Assembly (NCBI GenBank): GCA_020638655.1
Contig: JACKIC010000003.1
Location: 136,990-200,989, forward strand
Length of the DNA stretch: 64,000 bases
Source: Planctomycetota bacterium
GTDB taxonomy: Bacteria > Planctomycetota > UBA1135 > UBA2386
Direction of reading: 5' to 3'
Shown here: positions 1 to 8,162 of the stretch, piece after piece
Position numbering within the stretch: position 1 is the stretch's first letter
Layout: every line of letters begins with the position of its first letter
Notes under the pieces: generated by a model
What the model saw: the letters and a program-made list of their open reading frames with translations, nothing else
Database searches by the model: none
What the model was told of the DNA's origin: nothing
Program-made: the position numbers and the translations under genes

Positions 1-1
1 A

Positions 2-892
2 GGCTGCAACGGCGCCGCCTCGAACAACTGCCTGAGCCTCAACGACGTCAATCCGGTGTTCACGCTGGCCTCGCTGCCGAACGAGTACGCCTACCCCGTG
101 ATCAACACGACTGGAATCCCGATCCAGATCGTCGGCTTCGAGATCTACACGCAGACCAACACCTCGCAGACGGAGACCGTCAACACCGGCCTGCTCTACG
201 ACAACTCGGGCCCGACCGCGACGGTGCACACGTCGCCGGCCGCCACCAACGTCGCCAACGGCACGATCACCGTCGATGCGTCGCCCAACTGGTATTCGAC
301 CTCGGTCTACCCGCCGATCACGATCCCCGCGGGTGGCGCGTTCTGGTTCCACGTCGACGCGTACTCGAAGGTCGCGCCACCGCAGCACTCGACCACCGGC
401 GGCGTCCCCGGGCCGACGAACAACTACTATCGACGTCCCAGCAACAACATGGTCTGGACGAACTCGGTGTCGGTGGCGCGGCAGATCTTCCGCATCCACT
501 GCAAGCCGGCGACGCCCACCGTGCCCTCGCTGGCCGCCACGGGCGCGCCGCAGCTCGGCACCAACTTCTCGCTGCAGGTCAGCGGCGGCACGCCGAACCT
601 GCCCGCGTTCGTGATCTACGCGTTCGACAACACGCAGTGGTTGACCCTGCCGACGCCGGTCGACCTGGCGCTGTTCGGCGCGCCCAACTGCTTCAACCAG
701 ACCAGCAACGACTTCGTCTCGCTGTTGCTGCTCGACGCGGCGGGACAGGGCACGACCCTGCCGCTGGCGATCCCCAGCGCGCCCGCCTTCAACGGCCTCA
801 CCTGGTACAACCAGGCCGCGGCGCTCACGCCGGGCGTCAACGCGATCGACCTGTTGGTGACCAACGCGGGAACCGCGGTGGTCGGCAACTGA
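2..892 (+). CDS. Exported surface-type protein, 5' end outside the window; ends in the recurrent C-terminal module
   Basis: The frame is open from the window edge to TGA 890-892. Composition is T/N/S/P-rich, not Arg-rich. The last ~125 aa (PQLGTNFSLQVSGG...LPTPVDLALFGAPNCF...AIPSAPAFNGLTWYNQAA...VVGN) align with the C-termini of CDSs 25101-27302, 29535-31685(-) and 31993-34137(-). Confidence 0.7.
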   Translation, partial: GCNGAASNNCLSLNDVNPVFTLASLPNEYAYPVINTTGIPIQIVGFEIYTQTNTSQTETVNTGLLYDNSGPTATVHTSPAATNVANGTITVDASPNWYSTSVYPPITIPAGGAFWFHVDAYSKVAPPQHSTTGGVPGPTNNYYRRPSNNMVWTNSVSVARQIFRIHCKPATPTVPSLAATGAPQLGTNFSLQVSGGTPNLPAFVIYAFDNTQWLTLPTPVDLALFGAPNCFNQTSNDFVSLLLLDAAGQGTTLPLAIPSAPAFNGLTWYNQAAALTPGVNAIDLLVTNAGTAVVGN

Positions 893-912
893 ACGCCGCC
901 TAGGATGGCCGC

Positions 913-2601
913 ATGCGTGCACTCGCCTGCGGCCTGCTGTCGTTCGTCTGTCCGTCCGTGGTCCTGTTCGCGCAGCAGGACCTGCGTGAGCGCATCGAGC
1001 TGTTCTCGGCCGACCTGGCCGACTTGAACCGCCGCTACGACGTGCCGCTGTCGGGTGAGCGCGTCGACCACCTGCGGGCGCGGCTGCAGCAAGAACAGCG
1101 GCAGCTGGCGGCGCTCGACTTCGACGCGCTGGCGCACGACGCGCGCATCGACTGGCTGCTGCTCGACCAGCACGTGCGCACGTTGCTGCAGCGCCTCGAC
1201 GAGGAGCAGCGCCGCGACGCCGCGGTCGCCGACCTGTTGCCGTTCGCGGCCGCGATCGTGCGCTTCGGGGAGGCGCACCGGCGCATGGAGGCCGACGACC
1301 CAGAGGCCGCCGCCGCGACCGTCGTACAGATCGCCGCGGCGTGCAGCGGCGAGGCCACGGCGCGGCTCGGCGAGATCGCCGCGGCCGACGGCGGCACGCA
1401 GCGGCTGTTGCGCGCCGCCGACCGCACCGCCGACCTGCGCCGCACGCTCGATCGCTGGTTCCGGTTCCGCGACGGCTACGACCCGCTGTTCTCCTGGTGG
1501 GTGCGCGCGCCGTTCGAGACGGCCGCCAAGGCCCTGCTCGACTACGAACAGGCGCTGCGCCGCGCGGTCGGCAGCCAGGCCGGTGACAGCTCGCTGGTCG
1601 GCGCGCCGATCGGTGAGGCGGCGCTGCTGCGCGCGCTGCAGCACGAGTGGATCCCGTACTCGCCGGCGGAGCTGGTCGCGATCGCCGAGCGCGAGTTCGC
1701 GTGGTGCGACGCGGAGATGGCGAAGGCGAGCGCCGAGATGGGCAACGGCGACGACTGGCGCGCCGCGCTCGAGAAGGTCAAGGGCCTGCACCGCGCGCCC
1801 GGCGAGCAGCCGCAGCTGATCAAGGAGCTGGCGCACGAGGCGATCGCATTCCTCGAACAGCGCGACCTGATCACCATCCCCGAGCTGGCCAAGGACTGCT
1901 GGCGCATGCGCATGATGAGCCCGGCCGCGCAGCGCGTGAACCCGTTCTTCCTCGGCGGCGAGACGATCTTGGTCTCGTTCCCGACCGACGCGATGGCGCA
2001 CATCGAGAAGCTGCAGAGCCTGCGCAGCAACAACGAGCACTTCTGCCGCGCCACCGTGCACCACGAGCTGATCCCCGGGCACTGGCTGCAGCAGTACTCG
2101 CAGGCCCGCTATCGCACCTATCGCGCGCCGTTCGACACGCCGTTCTGGATCGAGGGTTGGGCGCTCTACTGGGAGATGCGGCTCTACGGCATGGGGTTCG
2201 CGAAGAGCGCCGAGGACCGCGTCGGCATGCTCTATTGGCGCAAGCACCGCTGCGCGCGCATCGTGTTCTCGCTCAACTTCCACCTCGGCCGCTGGACGGG
2301 ACCCGAGTGCGTGAAGTACCTGATCGACCGCGTCGGTCACGAGCCCGCGGCGGCCGAGGGCGAGGTGCGGCGGTCGGTCAGCGGCGGCTACGGTCCCCTG
2401 TACCAGGCGGCCTACATGCTCGGCGGTCTGCAGATCCGCGCGCTGCACGACGAACTGGTCGTGCCGGGGTCGAAGTGGACCGAGCGCGCCTTCCACGACG
2501 CGGTGCTGCGGCAGAACGCGATGCCGATCGCGGTGCTGCGCGCGGCGCTGCAGGGCGAGCTGCCGCCGCGGCAGCTGCCGGTGTGGCGCTTCGCGGACTG
2601 A
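913..2601 (+). CDS. DUF885-family protein (putative exported metallo-hydrolase-like)
   Basis: ATG start with a signal-like N-terminus (MRALACGLLSFVCPSVVLFAQQ). The motif HHELIPGHWLQ and a ~560 aa length are typical of DUF885. The opposite-strand ORF 616-2496 is Arg-rich and was rejected. Confidence 0.8.
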   Translation: MRALACGLLSFVCPSVVLFAQQDLRERIELFSADLADLNRRYDVPLSGERVDHLRARLQQEQRQLAALDFDALAHDARIDWLLLDQHVRTLLQRLDEEQRRDAAVADLLPFAAAIVRFGEAHRRMEADDPEAAAATVVQIAAACSGEATARLGEIAAADGGTQRLLRAADRTADLRRTLDRWFRFRDGYDPLFSWWVRAPFETAAKALLDYEQALRRAVGSQAGDSSLVGAPIGEAALLRALQHEWIPYSPAELVAIAEREFAWCDAEMAKASAEMGNGDDWRAALEKVKGLHRAPGEQPQLIKELAHEAIAFLEQRDLITIPELAKDCWRMRMMSPAAQRVNPFFLGGETILVSFPTDAMAHIEKLQSLRSNNEHFCRATVHHELIPGHWLQQYSQARYRTYRAPFDTPFWIEGWALYWEMRLYGMGFAKSAEDRVGMLYWRKHRCARIVFSLNFHLGRWTGPECVKYLIDRVGHEPAAAEGEVRRSVSGGYGPLYQAAYMLGGLQIRALHDELVVPGSKWTERAFHDAVLRQNAMPIAVLRAALQGELPPRQLPVWRFAD

Positions 2602-2652
2602 GCCCTAGACTCCGGCGCCCCGTCACCCGGAAGAACCGCCCTCACCGCCCCG

Positions 2653-3399
2653 ATGTCGAACGAGTCCCCTGACGACTTCCCCGCCTTCGCGCGCGCCGTG
2701 CGCAAACGCCACGCCGAAGGCCGCGCCGATGCCGGCCCGCACCCCGAGTATCCGTTCTGCCTGCAGGACGGCGACGGCAGGCGTTACGACGCGATGGCGC
2801 AGGCACGCGGCACGCTCAAGGGGCTGTTCGCGATCCTGCTCGGCATCGCCGCGGCGATCACGGCGATCTTCACCTTCGGGGTGGTGCTGTGGGTGCTCGC
2901 GGGCCTGTTCGTGATCAGCCTGCTGCTGTGGCTGCTGCACGACAGGACCTTGCGCCGGCTCGGTGAGGAATGGCGCCGGCAGGCCGAGGCCTATCCCGCG
3001 GCGCTGGTGATGGTCAACAGCAGCGCGATGCAGCCCGGCCGTTCGATCGTGCCCGGCTCGATGCTGGTCGACTTCGGCGACCGCCCCGACGTCGAGCGGC
3101 TCGAGCGCGCCGCGCACCGCGTGTTCGAACTGACCGAGCAGGAGCACGTGCCGGCCGCGCACGCGCCGCTGCGCGACTGGCTGGTCACCGAGATGCAGCG
3201 CGCCCGCTTCGGTCGCCTGCACCTGCCCGCCTCGCTCGCCGGCTCCGACGACTGCTGGCTCGTGAGCCTGCGTTTCGACCGGAACATGATGCCGCAGGGC
3301 TTCGTCGACCGTTCGTTGTGGTTCGTGGCGGCCCGCCGTGACCGCGATGAGTCGTGTGAGATCGCGCCGTCGCGCTACTGGGCCGGCGAAACCGGCTGA
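2653..3399 (+). CDS. Hypothetical membrane protein
   Basis: ATG start and balanced composition. It has two adjacent hydrophobic helices (LFAILLGIAAAITAIFTFGVVLWVLAGLFVISLLLWLL). No family recognised. Confidence 0.55.
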   Translation: MSNESPDDFPAFARAVRKRHAEGRADAGPHPEYPFCLQDGDGRRYDAMAQARGTLKGLFAILLGIAAAITAIFTFGVVLWVLAGLFVISLLLWLLHDRTLRRLGEEWRRQAEAYPAALVMVNSSAMQPGRSIVPGSMLVDFGDRPDVERLERAAHRVFELTEQEHVPAAHAPLRDWLVTEMQRARFGRLHLPASLAGSDDCWLVSLRFDRNMMPQGFVDRSLWFVAARRDRDESCEIAPSRYWAGETG

Positions 3400-3439
3400 G
3401 CGTCGCGCCGACGCCGCATCCTGCTATCGTCGTCGCACG

Positions 3440-4279
3440 TTGAACGAGCCCACCGCCAAGCGCTTCGCCGGCAAGGTCGCCATGGTCACCGGCGGCGGCT
3501 GGAACATCGGTCGCGCGATCGCCGTGCGCCTGGCCGCCGAGGGCGCCAAGGTGGTCGTGGCGGCGCGCCGGGCGGCCCTGCTCGACGAGACCGTGGCGCG
3601 CATCACCGCGGCGGGGGGCGCGGCGCTCGCAGTGGTGGCCGACGTCACCGTCGCCGCGGACATGGAACGTGCCGCGCGGCAGGCCGAGGACGCGTTCGGG
3701 CCGGTCGACTGCTGCGCGGCGATCGCCGGCGGCAGCGGCGCGCACCAGCCGATCGACCGCGTCGATCCGGCGGAGTGGGCGCGCGTCGTGCAGGTCAACC
3801 TGATCGGCGCGTTCCACACGATCCGCGCGGTGTTGCCGCGCATGCGCGAGCGGCGCGCGGGCACCCTCTTGACCTGCAGCGGCGGCGGCAGCTGGTTCCC
3901 GATGCTCGGCGAGTACTACACCGCCTACGCCGCGGCCAAGGCCGGCATCTGTCGGCTCACCGACCAGCTCGCCGTCGAGCTGCTCGACGCCGGCATCCGC
4001 GTGAACTGCCTGCAGCCGGGCATGGTCTGGCACGAGGAGCGCGAACGCGCGGTCGCTGCCGAGGAGCAACGCACGGGCGTGCCGCACCCGCAGCGCGCCC
4101 AGAACCGCCCGCCCGAGCGCGCCGCGGAGCTCGCCGCGTTCCTGCTCGCCGACGAGAGCGCGCCGCTGACCGGCCGCATCGCCTCGGTCGACGAGAACTG
4201 GTGGCGCGATCCGCAGCAGGTGCAGGCCGTCGCGCAGACCCATCACGCGTATTGCCTGCGGCGCATCGACCACCTGTGA
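3440..4279 (+). CDS. Short-chain dehydrogenase/reductase (SDR)
   Basis: It has the TGGGWNIG dinucleotide-binding motif (TGxxxGxG) and the catalytic YAAAK (YxxxK). The ORF opens at 3338, but that extension overlaps the previous gene by 62 nt. In-frame TTG 3440 gives a canonical SDR N-terminus (LNEPTAKRFAGKVAMVTGGG). The start is uncertain. Confidence 0.8.
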   Translation: MNEPTAKRFAGKVAMVTGGGWNIGRAIAVRLAAEGAKVVVAARRAALLDETVARITAAGGAALAVVADVTVAADMERAARQAEDAFGPVDCCAAIAGGSGAHQPIDRVDPAEWARVVQVNLIGAFHTIRAVLPRMRERRAGTLLTCSGGGSWFPMLGEYYTAYAAAKAGICRLTDQLAVELLDAGIRVNCLQPGMVWHEERERAVAAEEQRTGVPHPQRAQNRPPERAAELAAFLLADESAPLTGRIASVDENWWRDPQQVQAVAQTHHAYCLRRIDHL

Positions 4280-4298
4280 ACCGCCGAAGGAGCCGAGC

Positions 4299-5072
4299 AT
4301 GACCGAACCGATCGCAACCGTCGTCCGCATCGCCTCGACTCCCGAGCAGGCGAAGATCTTCGTGGCGATGCTGCAGGCCGAGGGCATCCCCGCGACCGTC
4401 GAGGGCGATTCGCTCGCCGACGAGGTCGCCGTCAGCCGGCGGCTCATGAACCTCGGCGGCACCAAGGTGATGGTGCCGTCCGCGAGCCTCGAGCGCGCCA
4501 AGGAGATCCTCGACATCGGCGCGATCGACGCTGCCGAGCTCGAGGCCCAGGCGCTCGCCGCGGACCCCGACGCCGCGGTGGTGGCCCCTCGGGCGGCGAC
4601 CGTCGCGCCGACCATCGCGTCGACCGTCGCGGCGCCGCGCCGAACGCCCTGGCTGCTGATCGGCTGCGCCGGCGCCGCGGTGCTGTTCCTGGGCTTGTGG
4701 CTCAGCGAGGTCGACGCGCGCGCCGACATGCGCAACCCGAGCATCCGCTACGAGCCGCTGCGCGAAGGCCTGCGCGAGGTGCGCCGCTCGGACGGCAAGG
4801 TGATCGCCGACTACTTCGACGAGGACCGCGACGGCAGCTACGAGCGGGTGGTGGTCTACGCCGAAGGCGGCGAGCAGCTGCTCAGCATCGACTCCGACCA
4901 CGATCTCCGCTACGAGCGCTACACCGAGAATCGCGGCGGGCTGGTCTACGGCTGGGTCGACCAGGACCGCGACGGCACCTTCGACGTCTGCACGGTGACC
5001 GACGCGGACGGCAAGAAGGTGCAGGAGCTGCGCTACGTGCCCATGCGCGGCTTCGTGCTGCAGCAGTACTGA
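4299..5072 (+). CDS. Membrane protein with DUF2007-like N-terminal domain
   Basis: A GAAGGAG RBS lies just upstream of the ATG. The N-terminal ~70 aa resemble the DUF2007 putative signal-transducing fold. There is a central TM helix (WLLIGCAGAAVLFLGLWL). The C-terminal part has three D-x-D-R/H-D-G/L-like units (DEDRDGSYE, DSDHDLRYE, DQDRDGTFD). Confidence 0.65.
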   Translation: MTEPIATVVRIASTPEQAKIFVAMLQAEGIPATVEGDSLADEVAVSRRLMNLGGTKVMVPSASLERAKEILDIGAIDAAELEAQALAADPDAAVVAPRAATVAPTIASTVAAPRRTPWLLIGCAGAAVLFLGLWLSEVDARADMRNPSIRYEPLREGLREVRRSDGKVIADYFDEDRDGSYERVVVYAEGGEQLLSIDSDHDLRYERYTENRGGLVYGWVDQDRDGTFDVCTVTDADGKKVQELRYVPMRGFVLQQY

Positions 5073-5166
5073 GCGGCGCGGAGGTTCTCCGTAGGGGTGG
5101 GGTGTGCGGCGCCGCGCCGCGCGCACTACACTGCCCGCCTTCCTCACCCCGCAACGGAGACCTCGA

Positions 5167-5493
5167 ATGCAGCTTGCGACCCCGAAGCTGTGCGCCCTGG
5201 CCTGCAGCGGCCTGGCGCTTTCCATCACCGGCCTGATCGCGCAGCAGCCGTCGCAGTTCGCGACGCCCGTGCGGCTCATGGCCGGCGAGACGTTCCTCGG
5301 CGTCGATCGCCTCTACCCGTCGCCGATGTTGCACGACATGAACGGCGACGGCCTCGCCGACATCGTCGTCGGCGACCTGCGCGGCCGCATCACCGTCGCG
5401 CTGCGCCAGCCCGGTGACGGCCCGGCGCGCTACGCCGCCGAGACCAAGCTGATGGCGCTGGACGGCAAGGAACTCGACTTCGCCAATTGGTGA
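5167..5493 (+). CDS. FG-GAP/VCBS repeat protein, N-terminal fragment (signal peptide plus first blade) ending at an in-frame TGA
   Basis: GGAGA lies 6 nt upstream of ATG 5167. The signal peptide is MQLATPKLCALACSGLALSITGLIAQQ and the first FG-GAP unit is DMNGDGLADIVVG. TGA 5491-5493 is in the same frame as the next ORF. Confidence 0.6.
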   Translation: MQLATPKLCALACSGLALSITGLIAQQPSQFATPVRLMAGETFLGVDRLYPSPMLHDMNGDGLADIVVGDLRGRITVALRQPGDGPARYAAETKLMALDGKELDFANW

Positions 5494-5502
5494 TGCATCG
5501 GC

Positions 5503-6528
5503 ATGAGTCCACAGTTCGTGGACTTCAACGCTGACGGTCACCTGGACATCGTCGCCGGCATCTTCGACGGATCGCCGCACGTCGCGTTCGGCGACGGCAA
5601 GGGCTGGCAGCAGCCGGTCGGGATCCTCGACAAGGACGGCGCCCGCATCGTCATGAACGACTTCTGGAACTTCGACACCAAGAAGTGGGACGCGACGACG
5701 CGCTGTGATCCCGCGGGCGCCGCGGTGGTCACGGGCCATCTGACCTCGACCTGGGCCGCCGACTGGGACGGCGACGGCGACTTCGACCTGTTGCTCGGCG
5801 ACCACAAGGGCGGTCAGGTGATGGTGCGCATCAACGAGGGCAGCAATGCGCAGCCGTCGTTCGCGACCAAGAACGTGCCGGTGCTCGCCGGCGGCAAGCC
5901 GATGGTCGTGCCGGGTACGGTTACGACGCTGCGGCTCGTCGACTGGAACGGCGACGGCGTGCAGGACCTGCTCGTCGGCAGCATGGGCGACAGCTACGGC
6001 AACCGGACCGGCGGCGGCGTGTTCGTCTACCTCAACGAGGGCAGCGACGCGGCGCCGAAGTTCGACGCGGCGACGACGCTGATCGAGCCCAGCGCCAAGG
6101 GCGCGGCGGCGCCGGCCCGGCCCGACTCGGGGCTCTACATGGACGTCGGCGACGTCGACGGCGACGGCGATCTCGACCTGATCGTCGGCGGCTACGCGAT
6201 CTGGACGCCGCCTGCCCCCGCGCTCGATGCGGCCCAGCAGGTCCGCGTCGCGGAGCTGCAGAAGGAGCTCGCCGATCTGAACGCGGTGATGCAGGACTTC
6301 TACAAGAGCATCGAAGAGGCCACCAAGGGGCTCGACGAGGCGGCCGCGACGGCCAAACGTGCGGAGCTGCTCAAGGAGCGCAACCAGGTGTTCCAGGAGA
6401 TGAGCAAGAAGCGCGCGGCGGTGCAGCGTGAACTCGAGCCCCTGACCCCCGGTCAGAAGCGCAAGTCGTTCACGTGGCTCTACGAGAACCTGGGCAAGGG
6501 CGCGGTCGACGCCAGCGCGCGTCGTTAG
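5503..6528 (+). CDS. FG-GAP/VCBS repeat protein, C-terminal portion (four blades plus coiled-coil tail); same frame as 5167-5493
   Basis: It contains the repeats DFNADGHLDIVAG, DWDGDGDFDLLLG, DWNGDGVQDLLVG and DVDGDGDLDLIVG. There is no signal peptide of its own, and the first ATG (5503) sits inside a repeat unit. It therefore most likely continues 5167-5493. Confidence 0.6.
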   Translation: MSPQFVDFNADGHLDIVAGIFDGSPHVAFGDGKGWQQPVGILDKDGARIVMNDFWNFDTKKWDATTRCDPAGAAVVTGHLTSTWAADWDGDGDFDLLLGDHKGGQVMVRINEGSNAQPSFATKNVPVLAGGKPMVVPGTVTTLRLVDWNGDGVQDLLVGSMGDSYGNRTGGGVFVYLNEGSDAAPKFDAATTLIEPSAKGAAAPARPDSGLYMDVGDVDGDGDLDLIVGGYAIWTPPAPALDAAQQVRVAELQKELADLNAVMQDFYKSIEEATKGLDEAAATAKRAELLKERNQVFQEMSKKRAAVQRELEPLTPGQKRKSFTWLYENLGKGAVDASARR

Positions 6529-6908
6529 GAGTCGGCGCGGGGCCGGCAGATCAGCCGGTCCAGCGCCAGCGCCAGGACCGCGCCCAGCGCGTAGGCCACC
6601 AGGTCGGCCCACTGAAAACCCTGGCCGAGCAGCAGCGCGCCGACGCGGGTCGAGCGCAGGGCGGCGAGCCAGGCCCAGTCGAGCAGCTGGCTGACCTCGA
6701 CCAGCGCCGACAGGCCCCACGCGAGCACCGCCAGCGCGAGCGGCCGTGCCGCGGGCTGCGCGCAGGCGAGCGCCCAGAACACGGCGACTGTGTAGAGCGC
6801 GTCGCCGGTGTGCTCCGCGAACCAGCCCGGCAGCGGAAACGCCCGCGACAGCAGCCCCAACGCGATGGTCGCGCCCAGGGCGAGGAGGTACGGCAGCCGC
6901 GCGGTCAT
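6525..6908 (-). CDS. DUF2809-family small membrane protein
   Basis: ATG at 6908. It has four hydrophobic helices with the family-like landmarks GDALYTV and VEVSQLL...LLGQGFQWADLVAY. Its start overlaps the upstream stop in an ATGA (6905-6908). Confidence 0.7.
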   Translation of the reverse strand: MTARLPYLLALGATIALGLLSRAFPLPGWFAEHTGDALYTVAVFWALACAQPAARPLALAVLAWGLSALVEVSQLLDWAWLAALRSTRVGALLLGQGFQWADLVAYALGAVLALALDRLICRPRADS

Positions 6909-7876
6909 CGCGTCGAGACTCTCGAGCGGTCGATGTCGAACTCGAGCACCGGATCGAAGTAGATCTCGGTCACCGCGTGCAGGGTGCGTCGCGCGCGCAG
7001 CTGCTGGCGGTTGCGCGGCGGCTCGCGCAGGTCGAGCAGGATCAGGTCGATGAGCTGCCTGCCCTGCTCGTCGACGCTGGGGCGCCACGATTGCAGGAAC
7101 GGCGCGACCTCCGGGCCGAGGTGGTGCAGCGCGTGGGCCGCCATCAACGCATCGCCGCTGACGTCGTTGTCCTGCAGGTGGGTGATGAGCTCGCGCACCA
7201 GCACCGCGAGGTTGTCGGTGTCGCCGTCGCAGGCCAGCAGGAACGCGGCCAGCCAGCGCTGCTGCGGGTCACCGCTCCACAGGGCGCGCCGCAGCGCCGG
7301 TCTGGTGCCCTGGCGGTGGTGGTAGAGATACCGCGTCGCGTCGGGCGAGGTCCGGCTGATCAGCGTGCGGTGCAACTCCTGGTCGACGCGGGAGTGCAGG
7401 GACTCGACGCTCACCTCGAGCAGCCGCGGCGTCGGGCGAATCGTCATCTGCCGGAGCAGGTGCGCCGCGAGTTGTCGTTGCTGCAGGTCGAGGGAGGCCA
7501 GCGCTTCGTGCAGCAACGGCGCGGCGTCGGGGTCGCGCAGGCTGCGCATCGCGGCGAGGGCGTTGCCGGCGATATGGTCGTTGGCCAGGTCGCGGATCTT
7601 CTGCTGATGCCGGCGCCGTTGCTCCGGGGTCGGCGGCGCGAGCTCCGCGGGCGGGTCCGTGGCGGGGTCCACGGTCTCGAGGATGCGCAGCAAGGGGCCG
7701 GCATCCGAGTCGACGATGCCGATCGAGGTTCTGGAGTCGTCTTCCGGAGCGGCCGGCTCCGGATTCTGGCTCACGTCGAGCGGAACCGCGGCAGCGGTCG
7801 TGCGCAGGAGCAACACGACGCCGGTGCAGGCCAGCGCCATGAGGACGGTCATCACGATCCCGCGCCCCGCCAGCAT
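6905..7876 (-). CDS. Hypothetical membrane-anchored protein with HEAT/armadillo-like helical repeats
   Basis: ATG 7876 and an N-terminal anchor (VMTVLMALACTGVVLLL). The composition is helical and Leu/Ala/His-rich with repeated ...AAHLL..., ...AAFLL... and ...AAHAL... segments. It is coupled to the DUF2809 gene. Confidence 0.6.
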   Translation of the reverse strand: MLAGRGIVMTVLMALACTGVVLLLRTTAAAVPLDVSQNPEPAAPEDDSRTSIGIVDSDAGPLLRILETVDPATDPPAELAPPTPEQRRRHQQKIRDLANDHIAGNALAAMRSLRDPDAAPLLHEALASLDLQQRQLAAHLLRQMTIRPTPRLLEVSVESLHSRVDQELHRTLISRTSPDATRYLYHHRQGTRPALRRALWSGDPQQRWLAAFLLACDGDTDNLAVLVRELITHLQDNDVSGDALMAAHALHHLGPEVAPFLQSWRPSVDEQGRQLIDLILLDLREPPRNRQQLRARRTLHAVTEIYFDPVLEFDIDRSRVSTR

Positions 7877-7997
7877 GGCGGAATCCTAGGCATCACTTCG
7901 CCCGATCCAAGGGCCGCCGACGAGGGGGAGTCGTCCTTGGCAGGGACGGCCGGGCGAGTCCTCGCGGTGCGCTCCGCGGCTCGGATGGCGTTCGTGA

Positions 7998-8016
7998 GAC
8001 ATCGTAGGAAGATGTC
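7998..8016. promoter_or_regulatory. Small palindrome GACATC-N7-GATGTC in the divergent intergenic region upstream of the NRPS-PKS genes
   Basis: Read directly from the sequence. It lies in a locally AT-richer patch between divergent genes 6905-7876(-) and 8163-9968(+). Function unknown. Confidence 0.2.
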
Positions 8017-8162
8017 GAGGGCTCGGCGCCGATGGGGGTGTGGGGGATTGGGGTCGGCCCTCGCCGAGTCCGACCAGAGGGCCGGGGTCCGTGCGCTCGT
8101 TCCGCCCCCGCTGATTCGCAAGCAGATTGCGGGCAGCCCGAGAGTTGTGGCGGCGCCGCAGT

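Noticed and set aside
616-2496. 626-aa minus-strand ORF opposite the DUF885 gene. Similar shadows are 25017-27113(-), 29973-31751(+), 31849-34128(+), 36030-37598(+), 38827-40911(+), 48310-50094(-), 54820-57330(+) and 59953-62799(+).
   Set aside because: All are antisense or off-frame shadows of well-supported genes, with strong R/A/G/P bias and no recognisable motifs. This is expected in GC-rich DNA.
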